From an uncultured Trueperaceae bacterium (lineage in GTDB: Bacteria > Deinococcota > Deinococci > Deinococcales > Trueperaceae), in NCBI GenBank assembly GCA_963815215.1, contig CAWFFU010000003.1, forward strand, positions 320,001 to 384,000: a stretch of DNA of 64,000 nt, written 5' to 3'. The notes beneath the pieces were generated by a model, which searched no databases, had not been told where the DNA came from, and saw only the letters and a list, made by a program, of their open reading frames with translations. Below are positions 10,681 through 20,969 of the stretch, one piece after another. Each line of letters opens with the position of its first letter. Positions within the stretch are counted from its first letter, which is position 1. Made by a program: the position numbers and the translations under genes.

Positions 10681-11670
10681 GTGAGCGACCTCCAACGCTA
10701 CCAGGGCGACGCTCTCAACCGGGCCGAGGGTTGGGCCTCGCTGCCCGCCGACGAGCTCCGGCGCCGGGCCGCCCGCGCGGCCAACGCCCGCGACCTCGAC
10801 GAGTTGTGGGCGCTGACCGAAGCCTACCTGTTCCTGCATGGCTCCAAGGGCTCACGGGCCAGTCGGCACACGCTCCGCACCTATCGGCGCGGCATCGCAG
10901 ACCTTATCGAGGGCTGGCAGGACGAGAACCTGCTGAGGCCGACGCGCGACGCCGGGGTGCTCTACATCCGCCGGCTGGAGTCCACACCCGGCGTGGTGTC
11001 GGGCGAACGGCCGCAGCCGTCGACGCTTCAAGTGAAACTCGCCGCGGCCCGCACGCTCTTCCGAGCGCTGCGGTGGGCCGGCGCCACCGAGGCGCGCCCG
11101 TTCGAGAACGTGCGCGTCGCCAAGGACCCCACACCTCCGTGGGAGAAACGCCGCCCCTACGGCGATCGTGAGGTCGAACGGCTGATCGACCTGGCCGACG
11201 CGGCCGAGCGCGTGGTCGTCCTTCTGGGCGCGCACGCCGGGCTGCGCATCAGCGAGATGACGGCGTTGCGCTGGGGCGATCTCGATCTGGAGCGCGGCGA
11301 GCTGCTCGTCACGGCCGGCAAGGGCGGCAAGAGCGCGCGCGTCCACCTCACACGCCGGCTGCGCGAGGCGCTGGTGTCGCTCCGCCGGGGTGGATTGGCG
11401 GTCCGGCGTCAGCGCGACGCAGGCTACGTGCTGCCCTGGGGCACCGACCATACCCGCAAACACTTCCGCACCCTGTGCCAGCGGGCGGGCGTCGACTATG
11501 CCTCGGCGGGCGTGCACGGCCTGCGCCACGGGGCCGGGACCCGCTACTACCGGCAGACCCACGACCTGGGCCGGGTGGCGGCGCACCTGCGGCACGCCGA
11601 CATCCAGACCACCAGGATCTACGCCAAGATCGACCAGGACGCTATCGGCGAGGATATCGACGACTGGTGA
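10681..11670 (+). CDS. Tyrosine recombinase/integrase, Xer-like (Deinococcus-Thermus type), 329 aa
   Basis: Full catalytic set: R (HAGLRISE), K (GKGGK), HxxR (HGLRH), H (LRHAD), Y (TTRIYA). SAM-like N-domain (SRHTLRTY). No long arm-binding domain. Confidence 0.92.
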   Translation: MSDLQRYQGDALNRAEGWASLPADELRRRAARAANARDLDELWALTEAYLFLHGSKGSRASRHTLRTYRRGIADLIEGWQDENLLRPTRDAGVLYIRRLESTPGVVSGERPQPSTLQVKLAAARTLFRALRWAGATEARPFENVRVAKDPTPPWEKRRPYGDREVERLIDLADAAERVVVLLGAHAGLRISEMTALRWGDLDLERGELLVTAGKGGKSARVHLTRRLREALVSLRRGGLAVRRQRDAGYVLPWGTDHTRKHFRTLCQRAGVDYASAGVHGLRHGAGTRYYRQTHDLGRVAAHLRHADIQTTRIYAKIDQDAIGEDIDDW

Positions 11671-11745
11671 GCGGGAGCGGGATGGTGCGCCGAAGTGCAC
11701 GATCCGAGCCCGCGCTCTTCGTCCGGGGCCCCTCCCGCGCACCGC

Positions 11746-12234
11746 TCAGCCGCCTAGCGCGTACGGTCTCAGTTGGGCACGCATCTCGCCGGGCTTGTGA
11801 TTCTCGGAGTGGATCTGTATGTAGAGGTCGCCGGCCTTGAGCGACTTCACCTGGTCGGCGGTGAGCTGGAAGGTGCCGCGGATGCTGCCTGCGACGGTGC
11901 CGTCGACGTTGAGGCTGAAAAGGATCGGGCCGTTGTCGCTCGGGCCGCCCTGGTGGATGTGCGCTCCGCCGCGTAGCTCGCGGGCAACGGGGCTGGAGAG
12001 GGCCTGGAACGACCCCAGCACGTCGAGTTGGTTGCCGTCCAACACGGCCACCGCGAAGCCGCTGGCCCCTGTGTTCACCGGCGGAACGACGTTCCTGGGG
12101 CTCAGGTTGGCGCTGAAGACTTCGAGAGGGGCCGACTGGGCCGCGGCGGTCGCCACGATGCCCGGTATCGCCACTAGCGCAAGCGCGAAGATCGCGTTGC
12201 GGACCGTGCGCGGAAGCGAACGAGGACGGGTCAT
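11746..12234 (-). CDS. Secreted CHRD-domain protein
   Basis: Signal peptide, then FSANLSPRNVVPPV..ASG, AHIHQG..NGPI and LYIQIHSENHKPGEMRAQL (CHRD signature). GGAGGT RBS. Confidence 0.85.
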   Translation of the reverse strand: MTRPRSLPRTVRNAIFALALVAIPGIVATAAAQSAPLEVFSANLSPRNVVPPVNTGASGFAVAVLDGNQLDVLGSFQALSSPVARELRGGAHIHQGGPSDNGPILFSLNVDGTVAGSIRGTFQLTADQVKSLKAGDLYIQIHSENHKPGEMRAQLRPYALGG

Positions 12235-12436
12235 ATGCCTCACCTCCACGCCCACGGTGGCATGACAGCGCGAGGGAATGCGTCGCACGCGAATGAGGTT
12301 CGCCTGAGGCCTACCTGAGCCTCCGTGCCCGGCCGATTCCCGCGTCGACCCGCTCACCAACGTCGACCCGCGTCGGCCTTCCCGAGGACCGGGCCAACGC
12401 AACGCTCCGAGCTATCGCATGCCGCTCCGCTGCGGC

Positions 12437-13123
12437 CTACTCTCGGCGTGCGGCTCGCGTAGCGGTTGCAGGTCCCTGTTCGATCGGCCCGACCTCGGGT
12501 CTTCTCCGACCGGTCGCACTCTCCCCTTCGTGAGTTGCGCTTCGACTCCACGGTGTGCTTAGGGCCGGAAGCAGCCAGCGATCGAACCCCCACCAACCGG
12601 CCGTCTTCCATGCCAGCACCAGTAGAGTGGCGATCGCCAACAGGATGGGATTCGTGCTCACCGCCCCCGCGAGCAGATAGCTGGTGTTCATGACACTCCC
12701 GAAGAAGGCGGCGATCCCGGTGAAGATGCCCAGGATCAACGCGACGCCCACCAGGAGCTCGCCCCAGGCCACCACGTAGCCCCACGGGACGGGGTAAGGC
12801 AAGACGATGTGCTGCAAGAACCAGCCGTACCAGGCCTGCACTGCGGGATGCGCCCCTCCCGTTTGCGCCAGGGCCCCTTTGACGAAACCCGTGAGCGCGG
12901 TGCCGGCCTGGCCGCCCGTCCAGGCCGCACTGGTGACCTTCTCCCACCCTGCGCTGGCCCACTGCCAGCCTACGTAGAGGCGCAGGATCAGCCAGATCCA
13001 GGCCCAGCGCACGTCCCCGAACAGCGCTCGGGCCAGAGGTGGATCGTGGATGGTCCTTCTCGCGTTTCTGGCGTTCCTGACGTTCTTCCGAGTCGGTTGC
13101 GTGCCATGTGGAAGGGTTGCCAT
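12437..13123 (-). CDS. DoxX/DoxD-family membrane protein (TQO small-subunit-like)
   Basis: WLILRLYVGWQW..AGWEK, WGELLVGVALILG, MN.SYLLAGAVSTNP, AGWWGFDRW. Confidence 0.85.
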   Translation of the reverse strand: MATLPHGTQPTRKNVRNARNARRTIHDPPLARALFGDVRWAWIWLILRLYVGWQWASAGWEKVTSAAWTGGQAGTALTGFVKGALAQTGGAHPAVQAWYGWFLQHIVLPYPVPWGYVVAWGELLVGVALILGIFTGIAAFFGSVMNTSYLLAGAVSTNPILLAIATLLVLAWKTAGWWGFDRWLLPALSTPWSRSATHEGESATGRRRPEVGPIEQGPATATRAARRE

Positions 13124-13287
13124 GGTGTCACATCCTTCGTTCTTTCAACGGGTGCATCGCAGGCTGCCAAGGCGTGGACTGCGAGACCATCCCATCTGCG
13201 GCTAGGTCGATGTGTGCGTACGGGATCTCCAGGCACCGTCTTCGAGGTCGAGCTGCGCACCCCTCCTCCCGCTCGACCTCCCGACGT

Positions 13288-14688
13288 TCACAAGGCTCTT
13301 GGATGCTTGCCCTGTTTCCAGTGCGCTTCGATCTGCTCGAGGCTTCGGCCCTTCGTTTCCGGCACCAGGGCGAAGGCGAAGACCCATGCCCCGATGCTGA
13401 TGAGCCCGAACAGCCAGAAGGTGATGGGTTTGCCGAGCGTCTGCGTGAGCGTCAGGAACGACACGGCCACGATCAGGTTGGCGGCCCAGTTGGCGAGCGT
13501 CCCGATGCTCATGGCCCGGCCGCGGATTCGCAGCGGGTAGATCTCCGAGAGCATGAGCCAGAAGACCGGTCCCAGCCCTACCGCGAAGGAGCCGACGTAC
13601 ACCATGAGACTGGCCAGCGCCAACCATCCCAGGCTGCCGGACAACTGCGGAAGCGAGAACGCCAGCCCCAACACGGCCAGACTCAGTGCCATTCCCGCGA
13701 GGCTGACCAGCAGCAGGGGCCGCCGTCCGACCCGGTCGATCAGTTGCATCGCCACCAGGGTCAGCGCGACGTTCACGACGCCTACGCCGACGCTGGCCAG
13801 GATCGCTACCGACGAGGACGACAGGCCGGCGAACTTGAAGATCGTAGGAGCGTAGTAGATGACGGTGTTGATGCCGGTGACCTGCTGCGCGATGGCCAGA
13901 CCGACGCCGACGATCATGGCCGGTCGCAGTAGGGGGCTGAGCAGTTCCGACCAGTGTCCCTTCTGTTGCGCCACACTCTGCCCGATGTCCTCGAGCTCAC
14001 CTTCGACCTGGGCAGGGGTGCGAAGGCGTGTCAGCGCAGCCCGGGCCCGGTCGGTGTGGCCGTGGCCGACAAGCCACCGCGGGCTGTTGGGAATGAACAT
14101 CAGTCCGATCCCGAAGGCTGCGGCCGGGATCACCGAGAGCGCGAACATCCAGCGCCAGGCCTGCGCCCCGGCGAAGGCATAGTCGATGATGTAAGAGATG
14201 ACGATGCCGCTCGTTAGAGCGACCTGGTTGATCGAAACCAGCTTCCCGCGGATGGCGACCGGGGCGATCTCGGAGATGTACAAGGGAGCGACGAACGAGG
14301 CGATGCCGATAGCGGCGCCGGCAAGGACGCGGGCGGCGATCAACCACGCCGTGCCCGGCGCCAGGGCCGCCGCGACGGCACCCACCGCGAAGACGGCGGC
14401 GGTGGCGATCAGGAGCCTCCGGCGCCCGAGGCGGTCGGCCAGCATCCCCCCGACGCCCGCACCGATCAGCGATCCCAACAGGACCGAGCTGACGACGATC
14501 TCCTCCATCCCGGACGATAGAGAGAAGTCCCGTTGGATGAAGAGGATGGCTCCGGAGATGACGCCGATGTCGTAGCCGAAGAGCATGCCGCCCAGCGCCG
14601 ATATGGCAGTTGCCACGTATACGAGACGCTTCACAGCTGGCGTGGTGCCGTCCGTCTTGGCCGCGGTCGCCTGGGCCTCAGTCGTCAT
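13288..14688 (-). CDS. Sugar porter family MFS transporter
   Basis: GGMLFGYDIGVISGA, DRLGRR, PLYISEIAP..RG, PNSPRWL, QQVTGINTVIYYAP, DRVGRRPLL, PETKGRSLEQ. Confidence 0.95.
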   Translation of the reverse strand: MTTEAQATAAKTDGTTPAVKRLVYVATAISALGGMLFGYDIGVISGAILFIQRDFSLSSGMEEIVVSSVLLGSLIGAGVGGMLADRLGRRRLLIATAAVFAVGAVAAALAPGTAWLIAARVLAGAAIGIASFVAPLYISEIAPVAIRGKLVSINQVALTSGIVISYIIDYAFAGAQAWRWMFALSVIPAAAFGIGLMFIPNSPRWLVGHGHTDRARAALTRLRTPAQVEGELEDIGQSVAQQKGHWSELLSPLLRPAMIVGVGLAIAQQVTGINTVIYYAPTIFKFAGLSSSSVAILASVGVGVVNVALTLVAMQLIDRVGRRPLLLVSLAGMALSLAVLGLAFSLPQLSGSLGWLALASLMVYVGSFAVGLGPVFWLMLSEIYPLRIRGRAMSIGTLANWAANLIVAVSFLTLTQTLGKPITFWLFGLISIGAWVFAFALVPETKGRSLEQIEAHWKQGKHPRAL

Positions 14689-15662
14689 CGGCCTCCCCCT
14701 TCCGCTGGATGGCGGTTCGCCTGAACCCTCGGTCGGATGCTTCGGATCTCCGACGTTGCAGCGACCTCCACGAACTTCCAGGAGATCTCTATGCAGGCCA
14801 CGCGCCCGTCAGCCGCCGGGGCGGCGTTCGGCGCCAGCCAGAAGGCGTCCCCCGTGCCTGACCTGCGATCGCGATATGGGGCACGGGGGCTTACGGCTTC
14901 CGAAACACGCGTATGGTCTGAGTTCGCGACTCCGCCGTATCTTCCCGGGTCCGTCGCTGAACGCCGCGTAAGCGGCTCCCTAGTCCATCCCGAGCCGAGC
15001 CACGACCTCGATCGTGTTGTGGTGCGGTTCCGGCTGAGCACCCAGGGCAGCGTAGGACAGCTCAGACGCAGGGGGCCGCTGCTCGCAAGAGACCGACTCG
15101 CTCCGGTATGCCCGCAGCCTGAGCGGCCCTGCCAGACCGATGAGGACGCTCGGCGGATGGCGCTGTTCCATCTCGGCCAACACGAACGCGCGCTGTCTGG
15201 CTCTCCGTCTCCGTCCCCGATCTTCGGTAGCGGTGATGCCAGTGATGCGTGACTGCAGCGGCCTGAGATTCTGAAGCAATGACGTGATGGGACTCGCTCG
15301 TTTCATGAGACCACCGTCAATCCGGTGCCGGCCAATGTCAGTCGGTACCCGCCAATACTAGGGACCGCAACCGCCAGTGACGAGAGTTATCTGGACCCTG
15401 AGGTCTGGGTTCAATACCCCAGACGGTACGCGAGGGTCCCGCCCCTTGTCGGGCCTGCTGTCCGCTGGCGGCGTTTCGGTCCCCTCACGAAGGAGCTGTA
15501 CTGTGACCCGAGAAGGCCAGCGGGCGCGGCGGGCGCCGCTGGTGCAGGCGCCCCGTACGGCGGTCAACGCTCGGCCTGGGGGCGCCCGGGTTCTTGGCGG
15601 GCGGCGAGAGCGCCTCCGGCACCTCGCGGGGACTTCGCGGCTCACGAGAGGACTTCGGTGCA

Positions 15663-17765
15663 ATGACGACGGACTGGACCATGGGTGATGCTTGGGGTGC
15701 CCTCAACACGACCCCAGAGTTGGACCAGCGCTGCATCGACACCCTCCGCTTCCTATCGGTCGATATGGTGCAGAAAGCAGGCAGCGGGCATCCCGGCCTG
15801 CCGATGGGCGCTGCCGCGTTCACCTATGTGTTGTGGACGCGTTTCCTCCGGCACAATCCTGCGAATCCGCGGTGGGCGAATCGCGATCGGTTCGTGTTGT
15901 CGGCCGGACACGGCTCGGCGTTGCTGTACAGCCTGCTACACCTGACCGGCTACGATCTTCCTCTCGGGGAGATCGAGCGGTTCCGCCGCTGGGGCAGCGT
16001 CACCCCCGGGCACCCGGAGAGCGAGCTGACGCGGGGTGTGGAGGTCACCACCGGTCCTCTCGGACAGGGCTTGGCAAATTCTGTCGGGATGGCCATCGCG
16101 GAGCGCTACCTGTCATCACGATTCAACCGGCCCGGCCACGAGATCGTGGACCACCACACGTATACCCTCGTGGGTGACGGCGATCTGATGGAAGGCGTCG
16201 CGTCGGAAGCCGCCTCGTTGGCGGGCCATCTCAAGCTCGGCAAGCTCCTCGTTCTCTACGACGACAACCGCATCACGCTCTCCGCCGGCACGGCCATGAC
16301 CTTCACCGAGGATCGCGCGGGGCGCTTCGAGGCGTACGGCTGGCATGTCCGGACGGTGGAGGACGGCAACGACCTGGAGGCGGTCGACGCCGCACTGCGG
16401 GCGGCCCGCTCGGAGACGGAGCGACCGTCGTTGATCCTGCTGCGTACCCACATCGGCTACGGTTCCCCGAACAAGGAGGACACCTTCGAAGCGCACGGTT
16501 CGCCGCTCGGCGTCGATGAGGTCCAGCGGGCGAAGAAGGCCTCGGGATGGCCGGTGGAGCCCCCCTTCTACATCCCCGACGGCGCCCTCGCACACTTCCG
16601 TCAGGCCGTCGAGCGGGGCAAGCAGGCCGAGGCCACGTGGGACGAGGCGTTCGCCGCGTACGCCAGCGACCATCCCGAGCTCGCGCGAGCCTACCAACAG
16701 GCCGTTCGAGGAGACGTGCCGGCCGGCTGGGACGCCGACATCCCCGTCTTCGACGCCGATGGCCCCGGGATGGCCACGCGAGTCGCATCGGGAAAGGTCC
16801 TCGACGCCGTCCGTCGTCGGCTGCCGGGCCTGGTCGGCGGCTCGGCCGACCTCGACCCGTCGACGCACACGGCGCTGGCGGCCATGGGGGACTTCCAGAA
16901 CCCGGCGTACGCCAGCGGCGACTTGCAGGGTTCGGCGGGCGGTGGATGGAGCTACGCAGGACGCAACCTGCACTTCGGCGTCCGCGAGCATGCCATGGGG
17001 GCGATCGCCAACGGTCTCGCAGCTCACGGTGGCCTGCTCCCGTTCACGGCCACGTTCCTGGTGTTCTCCGACTACATGCGCCCGCCCATTCGGCTCGCCG
17101 CCCTCATGCGACTGGGCGTCATCTTCGTGTTCACCCACGACAGCGTCGCACTGGGCGAAGACGGCCCCACACACCAGCCGATCGAGCAGCTGGCGAACCT
17201 CCGTGCGGTCCCGAACCTCACCGTCCTGCGGCCGGCCGACGCCAACGAGGTGGCCGTCGCCTGGCGCGTGGCGGTCGAAACGCGCGATCGCCCGACCGTC
17301 CTGGTGCTCACGAGGCAGACCGTGCCTACCCTCGACCGGAGCCGGCTCGCGACCGCCGACGGGCTCCGGAAGGGGGCCTACGTCCTGGCCGACGTTCCGG
17401 ATGGGCGAGCCGACATCGTTCTCATCGCCAGCGGCTCGGAGGTGGGGCTGATCGAGGAGGCGCGCCGGCTGCTGGCGCAGCAAGGGGTCAAGGCCCGGAC
17501 GGTATCCATGCCGAGCTGGGAGTTGTTCGAAGCACAGCCCCCGGAGTACCGCGAGTCGGTGTTGCCGGCGTCCGTGCCCGCGCGTCTGGCCGTCGAGGCC
17601 GGCGCCACGCAGGGTTGGCACGCGTACGTCGGCGACGGCGGGGCCGTGATCGGAATCGACCACTTCGGGGCGTCTGCGCCTGGCGAGGTCGTGATGGAGG
17701 AGTTCGGGTTCACGCCCGCCAATGTCGTCCGGCGTGCTCTCGCCGTCTTGGAACGTCAGGGCTGA
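15663..17765 (+). CDS. tkt: Transketolase (start position uncertain)
   Basis: [38 protein letters not shown] ThDP motif, [33 protein letters not shown]. Confidence 0.96.
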   Translation: MTTDWTMGDAWGALNTTPELDQRCIDTLRFLSVDMVQKAGSGHPGLPMGAAAFTYVLWTRFLRHNPANPRWANRDRFVLSAGHGSALLYSLLHLTGYDLPLGEIERFRRWGSVTPGHPESELTRGVEVTTGPLGQGLANSVGMAIAERYLSSRFNRPGHEIVDHHTYTLVGDGDLMEGVASEAASLAGHLKLGKLLVLYDDNRITLSAGTAMTFTEDRAGRFEAYGWHVRTVEDGNDLEAVDAALRAARSETERPSLILLRTHIGYGSPNKEDTFEAHGSPLGVDEVQRAKKASGWPVEPPFYIPDGALAHFRQAVERGKQAEATWDEAFAAYASDHPELARAYQQAVRGDVPAGWDADIPVFDADGPGMATRVASGKVLDAVRRRLPGLVGGSADLDPSTHTALAAMGDFQNPAYASGDLQGSAGGGWSYAGRNLHFGVREHAMGAIANGLAAHGGLLPFTATFLVFSDYMRPPIRLAALMRLGVIFVFTHDSVALGEDGPTHQPIEQLANLRAVPNLTVLRPADANEVAVAWRVAVETRDRPTVLVLTRQTVPTLDRSRLATADGLRKGAYVLADVPDGRADIVLIASGSEVGLIEEARRLLAQQGVKARTVSMPSWELFEAQPPEYRESVLPASVPARLAVEAGATQGWHAYVGDGGAVIGIDHFGASAPGEVVMEEFGFTPANVVRRALAVLERQG

Positions 17766-17819
17766 CCGGTGCCGGTGCGCGCGTGGCAGGTAGGGAACGA
17801 AGGGACCGGGGGTGGTTGC

Positions 17820-18665
17820 ATGAAGCCGTACTCGCCCAACAAGGTGTCGTTGGTGCTCGCCGATGTGGATGGGACCCTGGTGACGGAGGACAAACTCCTG
17901 ACGCCGCGGGCGAAGGGGGCGGTCACGTCCTTGCGGGCGGCCGGCATCGCCTTCGCGATCACGAGCGGCCGGCCTCCGCGCGGCCTGAAGTCGATCATCG
18001 ATGATCTCGGTGTAGACACCGTCGTGGCCGGGTTCAACGGTGGCGTGTTCACGACGCCGGAGCTCGACGTGGTGCTGTCACGGTTCCTGGACAGGGCGAT
18101 CGCCCAGCACACGCTACGACTGCTTGGCGAGCACCAATTGACCGCCTGGCTCTACACCGATACGGACTGGTACGTGCCGGAAGCGGACGGGCCGCACGTC
18201 GCTCGGGAAACCGCGACGGTGGAATTCGAGGCCAAGGTGGCCCAGGACTTCGACCCGCTGCTGGAACGCGCCGTCAAGATCGTGGGCGTGAGCGACGATC
18301 TGGACGCGGTCGCCAGCTGCGAAGCGGCGATGCAGGCCGCGCTGAGCGGTGACGCTTCTGCCGAACGCTCGCAACCCTACTACCTGGACGTCACCCACAG
18401 CAAGGCGACGAAGGGCGCGGTCGTCGAGTACCTGTCCGAGCGCATGAGCATCCCGAGGGCGGAGATCGCGACCCTCGGCGACATGCCCAACGACGTGCCG
18501 ATGTTCGACAACAGCGGCATGAGCATCGCAATGGGGAACGCCAGCAGCGAGGTGCAGGCCCAGGCGAACTTCACCACGCTGGGGAATGACGAGGACGGTT
18601 TCGCACGCGGTATCGAGACGCACGTCCTGAGTGGGCGGCGAGCGACGGGCCACGGGGGGACGTAG
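17820..18665 (+). CDS. Cof-type HAD-IIB hydrolase
   Basis: LADVDGTLV, TSGRPP, SQPYYLDVTH..ATKG, LGDMPNDVPMF, AMGNA. Confidence 0.9.
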   Translation: MKPYSPNKVSLVLADVDGTLVTEDKLLTPRAKGAVTSLRAAGIAFAITSGRPPRGLKSIIDDLGVDTVVAGFNGGVFTTPELDVVLSRFLDRAIAQHTLRLLGEHQLTAWLYTDTDWYVPEADGPHVARETATVEFEAKVAQDFDPLLERAVKIVGVSDDLDAVASCEAAMQAALSGDASAERSQPYYLDVTHSKATKGAVVEYLSERMSIPRAEIATLGDMPNDVPMFDNSGMSIAMGNASSEVQAQANFTTLGNDEDGFARGIETHVLSGRRATGHGGT

Positions 18666-18882
18666 TCCGGCCGAGCCCCCAGGGCTTCGCCGGCTGGCCG
18701 TGGCTCCTCTGATACGGCCGTCGGTCGCGCGCCTCGGGGGCTTCGCGCGCGCGTCGAACCACCGAAGGAGAACGCTCGCACGCTGGCGTGATCCAGGTGC
18801 ATGCGAGCATGGCGACCGGCGATCGCGGAGGTACGCTTCGGCTAGGGTCGCCACGACGGGAAGGCCCGGGAAAGAGAGCGAC

Positions 18883-19361
18883 ATGGCCCACGAAGGCACG
18901 TCCGCGCCCCGTAGCTCAATGAATCCCATCTGACGGTGAAGGACTCATCCGAGGACGTTCGCGGGAGGAAGGTCTTCGACAGGGACGGCAAGCACATCGG
19001 TCACGTGGTGGACCTGATGGTCGACGAAGGTGAGTCGAAGGTCAGGTTCCTGCATGTCGCACAGGGCGGTGTCCTGGGTATCGGTGAGAAGCGCTACCTG
19101 GTCCCGGTCGATGCTGTCAGGGACGTCAACGACGACGAGGTTCACATCGACCGAACGCATCACCATGTGGCCGATGCGCCGGACTACGACCCGGCTCTGG
19201 CTGCCGTCGACCACGGAGCCTATTGGGGTCGCATCTACGACTATTGGGGCTACGCGCCGTACTGGTCGGGCGGCTCCTTGACCCCGAGCTTCCCGCGGTA
19301 CCCGACGCGATCCGAAGATGCGTCAAGGAAGCATGATCGGGATGAGCGGGACCACGACTGA
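18883..19361 (+). pseudogene. PRC-barrel protein with apparent 1-nt frameshift near 18912 (downstream ORF 18936-19361 intact)
   Basis: EDVRGRKVFDRDGKHIGHVVDLMVD..KVRFL..GGVLGIGEKRYLVPVDAV is a PRC barrel. The upstream ATG 18883 is in a different frame from ...LNESHLTVKD. Confidence 0.6.
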
Positions 19362-19462
19362 CGGCCCGCGTCAGACCATCGCTACCGACGTGACGGTGCC
19401 CCGGTAGCGTTCGCGGCTCCGCGGCATCTCGGCGACGCGAAGGCGACACCCGGTGTGGCCGT

Positions 19463-20902
19463 TCAACGCTTCGCTTCGTCGACCTCCCAGCGCGTGTGGA
19501 ACGTGCCCTTCATGTCGACACGCTCGTAGCTGTGGGCGCCGAAGTAATCGCGCTGCGCCTGGATCAGGTTGGCCGGGAGCCAGTCGCTGGCGAAGGCGTC
19601 GAGGTAGGCCAGGGCCGTCATCAACCCCGGCGTTGGCACGCCGAGCTCCGCGGCCACGCAGACGATACGCCGGAGATCGCCATCATGAGCCTGGACCTTG
19701 GCTGCGATCGCCTCATCGAAGAGCGGGTTCGTCAGCTCGGGCTCGCTACGGTAGGCCGTCCGGATGTCCTGCAGCAGGGCCGCCCTGATGATGCATCCGC
19801 CGCGCCAGATGCGAGCGACCTCTTGCAGGTCCAGGTGGTAGGCGTAGGCCTCCGATGCCACCTTCAGGAGCGCCATCCCCTGGGCGTAGGTGATGACCAT
19901 GCCGGCGTACAGGGCGCCGCGCAGTCGTGCGAGCAGGCCGTCGCGATCGCCTTCGTAGGACCGCACCTCGCGCTCGAAGGCCCTGGCCGCCGAGTCGCGT
20001 TGGCTCTGGGCCGCCGATAGGTTGCGCATCGCCACCGCGACGTCGATCGTCGGCACCGGCGCCTGGAGCGTCATGGCGATCTGCGACGTCCACATGCCGG
20101 TGCCCTTCTGCTTGGCCGCATCGAGGATCTCGTCGATCAACCGCTTGCCGGTCTCGTCGTCGGCGCGGCTGAAGATGTCGCTGGTGATCTGCACCAGATA
20201 GCCGTCGAGCTCCCCGTCGTTGAAGGTGCCGTAGACGTCGTGCATGTCGTCGTCGGAGAGGCCGAGTCCGCGCTTCATGAGGTCGTACGATTCTGCGATG
20301 AGCTGCATGGCGCCGTATTCGATGCCGTTGTGGACCATCTTGACGAAGTGCCCGGCCGATCCGGGACCCAAGTAGGTGACGCACGGTCGGTCGTCGACCT
20401 TGGCCGCCGCCGCTTCCAGGATGGGCCGGACACGGTCGTAGGCGGCCCTGGGTCCGCCGGGCATGATGCTCGGCCCATGGCGCGCACCCTCCTCACCACC
20501 GGAGATGCCCACGCCCAGGTAGTGGATGCCCTTCTCGGCGAGGGCCCGTGCCCGGAGATCGGTGTCTTCGAAGTAGGAGTTGCCGGCGTCGATGATGACG
20601 TCGCCGGGGGTCAGGTGCGGCAGCAGGTCCTTGATGACCTGATCCACGACCTTTCCGGCCGGCACGAGCATCATCACGGCGCGCGGCTCATCGAGCAGCG
20701 CGACGAAGTCCGGCAGGCTGCCGACGGCTTCGATCGCCCTTCCCTGCGCGGCCTCGCGCAGGGCGTTGACCTTGGCCTCGTCGAGGTCGTAGCCCGCCAC
20801 CGAGAAACCGTTATCGGCCATGTTCAACACGAAATTGCGGCCCATCACGCCCAGGCCGACCATTCCGATGTCGCAGCGTTTGGCTGATCGCGAGTCCGTC
20901 AT
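19463..20902 (-). CDS. gndA: NADP-dependent 6-phosphogluconate dehydrogenase
   Basis: GLGVMG, GISGGEEGARHGPSIMPGG, GHFVKMVHNGIEY, QKGTG, WRGGCII, NLIQAQRDYFGAH. Confidence 0.96.
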   Translation of the reverse strand: MTDSRSAKRCDIGMVGLGVMGRNFVLNMADNGFSVAGYDLDEAKVNALREAAQGRAIEAVGSLPDFVALLDEPRAVMMLVPAGKVVDQVIKDLLPHLTPGDVIIDAGNSYFEDTDLRARALAEKGIHYLGVGISGGEEGARHGPSIMPGGPRAAYDRVRPILEAAAAKVDDRPCVTYLGPGSAGHFVKMVHNGIEYGAMQLIAESYDLMKRGLGLSDDDMHDVYGTFNDGELDGYLVQITSDIFSRADDETGKRLIDEILDAAKQKGTGMWTSQIAMTLQAPVPTIDVAVAMRNLSAAQSQRDSAARAFEREVRSYEGDRDGLLARLRGALYAGMVITYAQGMALLKVASEAYAYHLDLQEVARIWRGGCIIRAALLQDIRTAYRSEPELTNPLFDEAIAAKVQAHDGDLRRIVCVAAELGVPTPGLMTALAYLDAFASDWLPANLIQAQRDYFGAHSYERVDMKGTFHTRWEVDEAKR

Positions 20903-20969
20903 GGACCATCCTACGTCCGCGCAAGATGAGCAGTAGCCCGATCCAGATCGTCAGAGCTGCGGGAATCGC

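Noticed and set aside
14685..15306. ORFs 14737-15252, 14685-15041 and 14980-15306 as genes (faint RpiB-like stretch)
   Set aside because: No RBS, codon bias or convincing motifs; the similarity is too short to support.
5641..20966. GCTGCGG(G)AAT at ~5642 and ~20955 as attL/attR of a 15-kb island
   Set aside because: Short, imperfect GC-rich match expected by chance and unrelated to the recombinase's palindromic site.
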